Shown here: one piece after another, positions 13,601 through 25,600 of the stretch
How the letters are laid out: the number at the start of each line of letters is the position of its first letter
Numbering within the stretch: the first letter of the stretch is position 1
Assembly (NCBI GenBank): GCA_044892525.1
Contig: CM097888.1
Location: 52,142,001 to 52,206,000 of the forward strand
Reading direction: 5' to 3'
Origin: Schmidtea polychroa
Lineage: Eukaryota
DNA: 64,000 nt
The notes under the pieces: model-generated
Told to the model about the DNA's origin: nothing
The model's database searches: none
Seen by the model: the letters and a program-made list of their open reading frames with translations, nothing else
Translations under genes and position numbers: made by a program

Positions 13601-16600
13601 TTTAAATGTTTAATTAATTATTAAAACGGTAGTTACCTTTAACCACCTGTATTATATCAATATATCACTCCAGCTTTTTATTCAAACAATAAAAGAAATG
13701 TAAAAATAAATTATAAATAATAAAATAAATAATAACCTCTTGTACATGAATCCAGTGAAAGTAACCATTTAAAGATAAATCCATTTGAGATCCACAGACC
13801 ATTACGTTAAATTTTTTATTGATTTTTTTAGTCCACTTGATCCAATTTGAAAAAACTCTTTTTTTTTCAGAAAAAGTGGATGATTTTTCAAATAAATTTA
13901 TATCTACTAATATTGCTGAAAATTTCAGACTGAAGCCATTTAAAAACCCTATTGAAAAATCAGCATTAAAAATGATAAAAAAACATGGAAATGATGTAAT
14001 TTCTAGAAATAACCACTCAAATGAACGCTTTACGATATGTTTCAACGAAAAAAGGCATTCATACATAAAAAATACTGTGATTATACACAGGGCCGGCCTT
14101 AGGCACAGACAAAGCCATTTTAGCCAAAATAATGTGTTTCGTGTTTTTCACTTTTTAAACCTTTTTTAAGCTGTTGCATTTTCATTAAATTAGAATTAAA
14201 GACTCTTGCTTATAACTAATAATATTTCTAACATGCCACTTTTACCTCAACCAAGTGCTTATAATTAGATTCACTTTTCGTCTTTTTAATAGATAAAATG
14301 ATTATCATTCAGAATGTAAGAATATTCTCATAATAAATTATATTTGACTAAAATTTTAAAATGTTTCAAATTTAATTAATTATAATTTTTATTGATGACT
14401 AGTGAGTGTTATTATGAAAACGATTTTGGAACAAAACGCAGACAGTATTGATATAAGATCAGTTGAAAAAAAATAAAAGGTATTGAAATTAGTTAATTAT
14501 CCTATAAAATTTGTAGTACTTTTAAATTTTAATCAGTTTTCTTCGTTATATCGAATTACTAAATATTAAAAAATAATGTCAAACCCTATGAAACGTTAGA
14601 AGTTATCAGGTGCTCAATCTCGTCAGAAAAAAAAGACAAACAGAACTTAGTATGAAAAAGCAAACAGGATGGCTTTCCAGGTATTTAGAGAAAACCAAAA
14701 CTACTCCAGCTGTTAATGTTATTGGCCAGTCATCAGTTAGCAATTCAGAAACCACAACGATCAATGTTAATAGTGAAGATCTTGCTCAAAATGAAACGGA
14801 AACAGACCTTACTGTCACTGAAGATGAACTAATAAGTCCATCTGCCTCTGATTTTGATTCAAATACATATTCAAATACAAAAAAGCAGCCATGGAAGAAA
14901 GTCGATTTGATTTTGACGATTCAGCCAATTGGCCAAATGTAATAGATGATGCTACTCGAGTAGCACTTGTAAAAAAAGGCCCAGTAAGATTCACAGATTA
15001 TGATTTTCCTAAAAATGAAGCTCAAAACAATCGTCGTTTTAAAGACACATTATAAACGAAAACTCAAGAATGGAGAAGAAGTGGAGGGAACATGGTTAAT
15101 TTATTCAAAAAATAGCGATGCCATTAACTGTTTATTTTGTAAGTTGTTTCCAAACAACAAGATTGCATTTATTTATCGACTCACGAGTGCTCTCCAAAGC
15201 ATTGTGAGATCATTAGCAGGTGAGCTGAATTGAAAATCAGGTTAAACGAATGTCTAACTATTGACCAACAAAATCAGAGGATAATAAATGCTGAAACTAC
15301 ACTGGTTAAGCGTTTTTGAAAGATTGCTCTCAATCATTCTATTTTTAGCTCAACACAACCCGGGTATTCGGGGCTCGTCAGAAAAGGTGTATCAGATAGA
15401 TAATGGTAACTTTCTTGCCTTGGTAGAACTTATAGGAAAGTTCGATCCAGTTTTGCAAAAACACTTAAGACGAATCACGTTGGATGAAATCCATGACCAT
15501 TATCTTCGAGAAAGAATCCGAAATGAACTAATTACTCTAATGTCTGACAAAGTTAAAGAAACAATTTTAGATTCTGCTCGATAGACTAAATATTTCTCTA
15601 TTATTCTTGATTGCACTCCCTATCAGAGTTATAAAGAGCAGATATCTATCACAATACGCTTTGTAGATATTAATGAAGATGTTTCTATACGCTTGTTAAC
15701 TATTCCAGTCAGTGTGGCAACTGTCAAAAAAAGCTTTTCAAAGTTAAAATTAATAAAAACATACCTCCTAGCCTCTATGATACAGGAAAGACTTACTGCT
15801 CTAGCTATCCTATTTATTGAGAAAGAAGTAGTTCAAACATTAGATTACGGAAATATTATAAGCAATATTCCAAGTGTTAAAGCAAGGAAGGTATATTTAA
15901 TGTAAAACATACTTCTAGAAACTAGAACAGATGAAACAGTTCAAAGTTATATAAAAATTTGTAATAAAATTAGCAAAACAAAATATTCGTCTTACCTCAG
16001 TAAATATTTTTAATAGCTTTTTTTCTTTCCACGGTAATTGAAATTTTTCGGTAATGGAAGTGTTTTAGGATTTCCCAACAAATTTATATTAACAAGTGCT
16101 GACTGTACTTATTAAAAAATTATAATAATAAATAACTCAGTTGGGTATGACATGGGTAATGTTCTGGGCCCCTACGCGGTAGTTCATCATTCAATTGTAA
16201 CGTGTCATACGTGAGGTAGTGTGGGGGTCAGTCTGGTCAGAGGGCGCCTAAATGTATACTTCGTCTAGGACGCCATTGTGGCTAGGGCCGGTCTTTGCTA
16301 TATATATATATATATATATAAATTCGGAATTTTACAATTATTATTTAAGTAAAAATAGTAAATATGTACCATATTTCACTGCAAAGTACCTAGATAATTC
16401 GTAATTCTTTCTGAAAATCTTCCTACCAGTATCAGAAAAAGTATAACCATCAGTTAAAAAATTATATAGTGCAGTCTAGAGGGAAATTTTCACTTTTTAA
16501 AGTCTATTGAAATCTCTTACTTCAAATTTATATGGAAAGTCAGGACCGGGTGTTTGATTACCAAACGCAAAAGGAATAGTAGCAGCAAGCTCCAAAAAAT

Positions 16601-19600
16601 TAGAGTCTTTCCAAGGTATTTGGAAATTTTTATTGGGAAATTTATCCTTATAATATTCATCCATATTGGATAATAAACAATTTATATGAACTTTTGAGTC
16701 GTTGTATAATGATAGCTGATCTTTTAAATTTTCATCAGCTTTAAGGATCTTATCACAAATATCCTAAAATAAAAACAAATTTGGATTTAAATATCAATTT
16801 TTTTTTGAAAACTAAATAAAAAACGAAAAATATTTAGCTATGCCAAACATTTTTGAACACGAATTTGAAGTTAGGCATATTACATAATCAAACAATATTT
16901 CAAAATAATTGACTTGTAATTACGTACAAATATATCAAAAGATTTACGTTTTTATTGCCAGGCTTAAAACATTAGGCAGCACCGATATTTCAATGGACAA
17001 TAGAAAACTTCATATCAAATAACGCCGAAAAATTATTGAATAACAAATTTTTCTTTATCGCTATTTTTAATTTGAAGTTTTCTATTCTTAATCTTGAACA
17101 AACTAGCCTTTATTTTAAGTTTACAGCTTAATCTTTTTCTGTTTGCGCTACTAATTTGACATATAAATTATGTAATTTTAATTTTGTTGCTTAATAAAAA
17201 CACATTATATACATAGTGTTGTATATCAGAACTTTAACAATTTTCATCACTTTCACCCGGTTTCTAAAAACTAAATATAGTTCTTAATTTCACCTTACAC
17301 GGCTTTTAGATGACATAAAATGTGAAAATAATATGGAAAAGACCCATGACAAAATATTTGGGCAGTAAACCATGACGTTGAAACTGGATACACAAATAGC
17401 TCATTGAAACTCAGAAAACTGTCAATAAGGCTTTTATTCTTATTATACAAATACCCCGTTTATCAGGAAAATGTGTCAGCAAAATTTTTGCAAAAAGGGG
17501 TCTGAAATATATGTAATTTAGAGATACAGTGACTGCCAAAATTGGCTCAATTTTTCTAACCAATATAAATAAATTAACATAAAAAAACTGGTAACGCACC
17601 AATTTTGAAGAAATTTTCAATATTTATTACTCCATCTATGGAAAGTGTGTTGTTATTGAAACTAATCTCTTTTACTATCCTTTTTTGCTACCTGAGAACA
17701 AATTGGTCATTGAGCCAATTTTGACACTCATATAATTCGGTCACTTTCCTCGAATTTTTAGCTCAGTGACTTTTCTAAGGCGTTTTAATTGAATTTGTAC
17801 ATCAAGCATAATTAAGATAAATCATAAACCAATATTGCAAACTACATTTCAACAGTATTGCAACAGTAAAAAATTGTCAAGAAGCTTTTATAAGACTAAA
17901 ATGCCAAATGAATATAGCAGTGCCAAAATTGGCTCAATGACTAAATTGAATTATAATGCCACCAAATTATCGTAGAGAAAATTGATTTAAACAATAACAC
18001 AATATACACACAGAAACAATTAGTGAAAATCTTACAAAAATTTGTGAATGATTAACTTTGGTGAGTACATTTATCTAAAGATATAAAACATTGATCCAAT
18101 TTTGGCAGTCACTGTATTTTACTTGCCCAGGAGCACAACGAACTATATAATGTGGAGAAATGACTTCAAACTAACTTAAGAATAAGGATATACAAACAAT
18201 AAAAGGTCCAAGAAAAATACTTCAAGCCTATAATCAATAATTTGAAGAATATCTTGAGAAAAGTAGTAAATGAAAAAACGGAACTCAGTGGGAATTAGTA
18301 AATGAATGAAGATAATGAAGAGAACAGCAGAATAATTCAACTAAATGTCTCCCATGGAAAATGAATACCTTCTTATCTTTAAATGATAAAAATTAGATTT
18401 TCAATTGTTCGTACAATATTACCATGTAAAAAAGTAATACGAAGGAACCCAATGTCTACTAAATAATTTTTAGAAAGAAATACTAAATGTTACGGGCTAG
18501 ACGAGTGATTCTAATCGTCCATCGGTGTTAAGTGGTTAGTACATTGGAAACGATGAGTAAAAGAAATGAAGCAGAAAATTGGGTACTCAATCTTGTATGA
18601 AAATAACTGATCCACTCAAAGTTTTCCTTAAATATAGAGTTGATTTTGCAGGACCATTATAAAAAAATCTGAAAGAAAAATTAACTATATGTAAGACCAA
18701 AAGACAAAGCTAGTGGTGGGTAAACTTTATCAAGCTGCGACACACCAATTTATGTTATCGCAATTTAAAGTGGTACCAAAAGCATTTATTTAAATTCCTT
18801 TTGAAAAAGTTAGAAAAACATGAAATGACATAAAGCATAAAAATAAAATTTTATTCCACTTTATGTAAGGTTTAAAATAAACGCGATATACGGATATTTT
18901 TCAATCGTGTCTGAATAGTTGAGAGACAAACGCTGAGGCTCTTTTAAAAAGTTCTTTTTAAAAATAAAAACTGATTACATGATCANNNNNNNNNNNNNNN
19001 NNNNNNNNNNNNNNNNNNNNNNNNNNNNNNNNNNNNNNNNNNNNNNNNNNNNNNNNNNNNNNNNNNNNNNNNNNNNNNNNNNNNNNNNNNNNNNNNNNNN
19101 NNNNNNNNNNNNNNNNNNNNNNNNNNNNNNNNNNNNNNNNNNNNNNNNNNNNNNNNNNNNNNNNNNNNNNNNNNNNNNNNNNNAGTAACCCCTATTCGAC
19201 CAATAAAATATTTGTGAGAGCCGATGATTCCTTTAGGATATGGAGTGAACATATCCCTTTTTTGATTCATTCACATTTATTTAATTTTCTCGTTCATGAA
19301 ATATTTCAACACCCACGATTCGCTGCTGACAAATTATGTTTCTTTAAATCAATAAAAATTGGTTAATTATTTCCAATATATATTCAAAATTTAAAATTGC
19401 TCAAAATTTCTACTTTGCTATTGTTTACATTTTGAAAAATGGATGTTAATAATTTTTCTACTCAATTTGCTCAGAATCCTGATGTTTTGGATTTATCAAA
19501 ATGGATATATCCAATGGAAGAAAGCTTTTTTGAAATTTTAACGTAACCTTGATTTATTTTTAGGTTATATAAATCTAGATAAGTAATAGAAGCATGAGAA

Positions 19601-22600
19601 TTCCAATGCTTCTCTTTGACAAAAAAAGGTTTTTTAAATAATCTATTTAGAAACAGCTATGCTTCTAAATTCCATTGCAATAGAAGCCATCTTATTAAAA
19701 AAATTGTACAAGGAGCAATTTTTCATGGGTCTGGATCCGTCGGCTTGCGAATGAAGATTAATAAACCTTCAACGCATGTTTGCTAAGGCGTCAAACAATT
19801 TATATGAATGGGGCGATCATCAATATAACCCAAATTATGTCGAATCGTCTTCAATTTTTCTTTATGAAATTCAATTTTCTTTAGAAACACTCATTCAGCT
19901 AAATTGATATATTTTCTCGATTTATCGTCACTTAGAGTTTTTTTCAGTCATTTATTCCTTGTACCATTTATAAATATATGAATCAAACGTTGCAAATGTA
20001 TATTTCGATACTATTGAAGCATATTCTTCAGGACAAGGACTTTACGGCGCTTCGCTCATACAGCGCTAAAATATTTTTCGGCGCTTGTCTCGCTCTTACA
20101 GCAAACATGCTCTGCACAGCTTTTAATCAACAAATTTTCCATGCAGTGTTCATTTCGAACGCAACATTCATAACACACGCATCCCTCCTCACTTGACCGT
20201 CAAATTTAAGTGTTACGACTGTGTTAATACGCATTTATATTACGTATACATACATTCAATGTATACTCTAATAGACATGGCCCCTAGACTAGTGAAAAAA
20301 AGAGTTTGAATTGAAGTAGTGTGTATAATGGGAACACCGGCTCACCCCACCCGCCTAAGGTTCAACTAATTTAAAAAATCTTAACATTGAAAAAAAAATT
20401 TTTAATTTAGATAGTCGAAATATAAACATTGAAAAAAATAGATACTCAAAATATATATAATAAAAACTTCAATCTAAAGATTTATTGAATTCAAAGTAAT
20501 TTTTAAATTAGTTCTCCCTAAGGCGGGTGAGGGTGCGCCGGTGTTCCCATTATATACACTACTACACTTTAACATAAAAATTGAAAAATATAACTTTTAT
20601 TGGTAAAACAAGTTTCATCAATAAAAGAAAAATTGAAAAATCTAAGTTTTGAATACAAGAATATATTTTGTAAAGAATAAAAAAAATTTATGAAATAGTA
20701 AAACTGCTCTGAGAGGACAATGTTTTTTTGTTTTTTGTGCTAGCCTATCAGGGTTCAGAATTTTGTCATTTTTTAAAATTTTTATATTTATCAAATTCAA
20801 AAAATTAAAGGGTACTTGAGAAATAATATTTTATGGGAATTAGTGAATTCACTAGTACCCAAAATTATAAACTTGTTAAATTTTATATTATTAAAATCTA
20901 AAAAATTCATAAAATTTGAACCAGTGAAAAAATATTTTTTAAAAAAGATGACTACTTCGAGAAATTAGATACCCAAAATTATTTTGGTAATGTGTGTAAT
21001 AGAAACTTCAAAACAAAAGCAGCATTAATTTCTCATGAAAAATCAAAAGATCATTTAATCAAAGGAAATCATTTAGATGATAGCAACTCTAAGATTTGTG
21101 ACAAATGTCTATTTCTATTTTCAGGATTTGATAAACATTATACAAATTGTATTGAAATTAAAAGAAGTAGAGAAACATTTTCTTGTTTAATATAATAATA
21201 TAATAATTAATATAATAATACTTTAAGAATTGTTTGTTGGATACAGGAGTTTGAATGAATGTGATTGATAGTTCGATTATAAAGGAGATCTGAAATCTAG
21301 TTTTAAACGAACACGGAGACAAAATCTGGTGCGCAAAAGTCCATTAAAAATTTTGGGAAGAATCAAGCTTAGAAGAAATATAGGAAGTAGATAAGAAAAT
21401 ATTGTTTTTGTAGTAGTTGAAAATGTATCTCCATCGATAATTGGAGGAATCGATTTATTACGTAGGTTTGACATAAAACTAATGAAAGTTATCGGAAATA
21501 ACAGCTCAAATGCAAGCGAATATAATAATATGGAAATATGCAACATTGAAGCCAAATTTGGGAAAAGAACGAGCGATGAACTTCGATTTAAAAGAGCAAT
21601 AGAATTAATAGGATTAAGGTGTGACAACAAGCTTTATGGAGTAATAAAAAAAATGCTGAAGTATTTATGATAGATAAGTGGGATATAGGCAAAACCAATC
21701 TATTAAAGCATGATATTAAAACTGTTGAAGGACCAATCCATTTGAACCCAAGAAGAAAAGATTGAAGAAGCTATTAAAAATTTGGAAGAAAACGGCATAA
21801 TTAGGAAGTGTGACTCACCGTGGAATACGCCGTTAGTATGTGTCTGGAAGAAGGAGAAAAAGGATATTCGATTATGTTTAGATTTTAGAAGTTTAAATGA
21901 AATGACAGAAAGACAAATCTTCCCAATGCCTAATATCGAACAGATGTTAGATTCATTAAATGGATCAATGTACTTTAGCACCATTGATCTGGGAAGCGCG
22001 TATTATCAGGTTGAATTGACAGCAAATTCGCAAAAGACATCGTTCTCAACAAGATATGGGCAGTTCTGCTTTAATAGGATGCCATTCGGGATTGCTGGTG
22101 CTCCAGCTACATTCCAAAAATTAATGAATATGGTTTTAGGAAAATTATTATGGAAAATTGCTATAGTGTATTTAGATGATATTTTAATATTCTCAAAAGA
22201 CAAAGAAGATCATATAAAAAGAATAAATGAAGTATTAGAAAAAATAAAAGAAGCAGGATTGAGAATAAATCCTGAAAAATGCAAATTTTTGGTGAAGGAA
22301 ACAAAATTTCTTGGTCACATTATAACTTGCGAAGGTGTTAAAGTCGATGAAGCCAAAATAGAAGCAATAAAAGGGTTTCAAAGACCAAAATGTTTAAAGC
22401 AATTGAGGAGTTTCTTAGGACTGTGTAATTATTACAGAAAATTTATAAAAAATTATTGAAAATTCGCAAGAATATTAGAATCGATGTGCGGAAACAATAA
22501 AGACAAGTTAGTTTGGTCACAAGAATGTCAAGAAAGTTTTGAGGAATTGAAGAAAGCACTATCAACTACACCAGTTCTAATATATCCTGATTACGAGAAA

Positions 22601-25600
22601 GAATTTATTTTGGATACGGATGCTAGTTTCGACACCATAGGAGCTGTTTTGTCACAGATTGATGATCTAGGTAATGAACGTGTTATTGCCTATGGTTCAC
22701 ATACGATGAATAAACATGAAATAGGATACTGTATCACGAGAAAGGAACTTTTTTTAGTAATTTATTACTTTGCACAGCATTTAAAGCACTATCTTTACGG
22801 CAAGCGATTCCAGCTAAGAACGGATCATAAGGCTATAACATTTATGATGACAACAAAAAAACCTATAACGGCACAATTTCAGACATGGATAAACTTCTTG
22901 AGTATAGATATGGATATTAAATATCGAAAAGGAATTGACCATTCGAACGCTGACGCATTATCGAGAGATAAATGTGGGAAATGTACACAGTGTATGGAAA
23001 TCCATGAAGATGCCAAGACAGAGAAAGTAAAAACCAGATTGCTGACAATGACAGCCACTAAACATGGAATGCAATGACAGAAAGGTAATTTAAGAGATAG
23101 AACATATGAGAAAAGCAATTGATAAAAATGAGACTACAAGATTTAAAATCAACGAAGATTTAATTTTAACAAGAGAAAATAAAATTTGGATTCTAAAAGT
23201 AAATAGAATAGAATTTGTCAAAGAGATGCACAAAATGTTGTGTCACGCTGGAGGCAAGAAGGTAATCGATTACATAAAAGTTAATTACGATATGGAGGAA
23301 TTAAATACAATCGCGACTCAATATATTCAAAGTTGTGAAATATGCCAGAAACGAAAAACATTGACAACAAAAAGAAAAGAACTAATTGTAAAAACACAAG
23401 TGGCGGAACCGTTTGAGGTTATAGCGATAGATTTTTGTGGACCTTTGCAGGCAAAAATTCATGGAAAGAATTATATTTTAGGATTTATAGATATGTGTAG
23501 TCGATACATTTCGTTGACAGCAGTAGCAAAGCAGGACGAAAAAACTACAGCGGATACTATTAATAAAATTCTGGATATTAAAATACGGGGCACCGAGAAT
23601 TATTCATGTTGATTGTGGAAAAACATTTGAGTCTAACTTAATAAAAGAGTTGGCTAAGAATCACAATTTTCTAGCCCTTATCATCATAACACTAATGGTT
23701 TGATTGAAAGACAATTTCGAACAATACGAGATTTTATCAGTACATCATTAAGAGATAAACTTAAGAGAAATTGGGTTGAAATGTCACCTGAAATTGAGTT
23801 TACTTTAAATGCTACCATTCAAAGCACAACTGGAAAGAGTCCATCAGAAGCAGTATTTGGTTTTCGGATATCTAGAGAATGGAACAATAATAAAAGAATA
23901 TACAACGATAAAGTAAAATAGTGGAGGAAGTGCAATCAAAACAAAGAAATTTAAATTATAAAAATGAGAACCGAATACACCGAGAATTCGATATAAATGA
24001 AGAAGTTTTAGTTAAAGTAGATTTGAGAAAAAAAGAGGAGGACCGATATACAGGACCTTTTGTAATTGTTAGAAAGATCCATGCAAATAGTTATGAATTA
24101 CGAGACAGAGATGGGAAAATTATAATTCGCAACGTTGAATGGCTAAAACCTTTTAAACAGGGGAGATATTAGAGATATTTAAATAATTAATTTATAAATA
24201 AAATATATATTATATTATAAGTAAAAGTATAATAAGTATAAAAGCTGGCACGCATAATTAGCATTATTATTTAATTAATTAATTCGCCATTTAAATCGGG
24301 TGTTTTAATAATACCAGATTTAGGTAATAATTTTATTTTGTATTAAAAATAAATATTTGTAGATTAATTTATTAATTAACTGGTTATTATTAACAATATA
24401 AAAGCGCGAAACACTGACAAAAAATACTTGCCCACAATGAGTGACCAATCACAAATTACTATAAATCTGTCGTAAACGTAAACAATGCCTTCTTATAAGC
24501 AAAGAAAATACCACGCTCAACAATAACAAGCAATAAAAACACTTTTATATTTGTATGTTTATATATCTGTGTAACGGCTTTCTTATTGAATCATCTTATA
24601 AAAAAATTAATTGAGGTTTTTGATGATATGTATCTTAAATGCAAATTTAAAGATAAAATGTCATTTTTTTCGCGGAACACTGATGTTTCATGGAACACGG
24701 GTTGAGAACCACTGCTCCATGGTTTAAAAAAGGGAATAAAATGGCGTTGTTTGACTGGCAATGGATATGGGTATTATCAGATGCTTAAAAGTGCACTACA
24801 GAAATGGAGTAATAAAAGAAATCCTTAGGTTTATTGAAAAAAAAGAAAATTGGCCCAAAATTATCTTATTAGATTGCATAAAACGAATGTCGAAAATATG
24901 GGATGTAAACATATCTCCTACAACAATCAAAAACTGTTTTAGGAAGTCTGGATTTTATGATGACGATTTCGATGATGACGATGATAATATTCCGTTAATA
25001 AATATTATTAAAGCAACGGAAACAAATTATATTTCCCTGCGGCTAATATCCAATTTCAGAGGAGTTTACGGATTATCTGAATTGTGATGTTAATGTTTTG
25101 TGTGGGGATATTATGACGGATGAAGATATCATTGAAAATGTACTGAATAAATCAATGTCTATCAGTAATATATCTGAGGATAGCATTGGTGGGGAAGTGG
25201 ATGAAACGAATTTGTCTTCTAAATTCTCATTGATGACAAATTCAGAAATGATCGACTGTATTCAAAAGTTAAGAAATGGAATGTTACAGCGATCTTCTGT
25301 ACCACAAAGATTTTTCAATACTCTCAATGAAATGGATGTTTTTTAGAAACGGTTTGTTGTGTGGCAAATTATTTTTAATTATGTACTTTTAATAAATTTG
25401 TTTTAAAAATGTAAAATGTTTTTGAAATTTTCCTACTACGATCTAATAATATTATTAGACTTAGTAGACACAAATATAAAAATATTTCCCTGTTTAATTC
25501 GATTTCCTGGGTAATTCGATCAATTTTTAAGGTCTCTTGGANNNNNNNNNNNNNNNNNNNNNNNNNNNNNNNNNNNNNNNNNNNNNNNNNNNNNNNNNNN

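Noticed and set aside
18979-19270. ORF-track entries containing X runs (also 25375-25770)
   Set aside because: They are artefacts of translating across N gaps.
19440-19950. Possible Harbinger-like transposase remnant
   Set aside because: The motif resemblance is too fragmentary to assign.
21277-23118. Short antisense and alternate-frame ORFs overlapping transposon genes here and throughout the window
   Set aside because: They are shadow ORFs of TE coding sequence or AT-rich low-complexity translations with no recognisable motifs.
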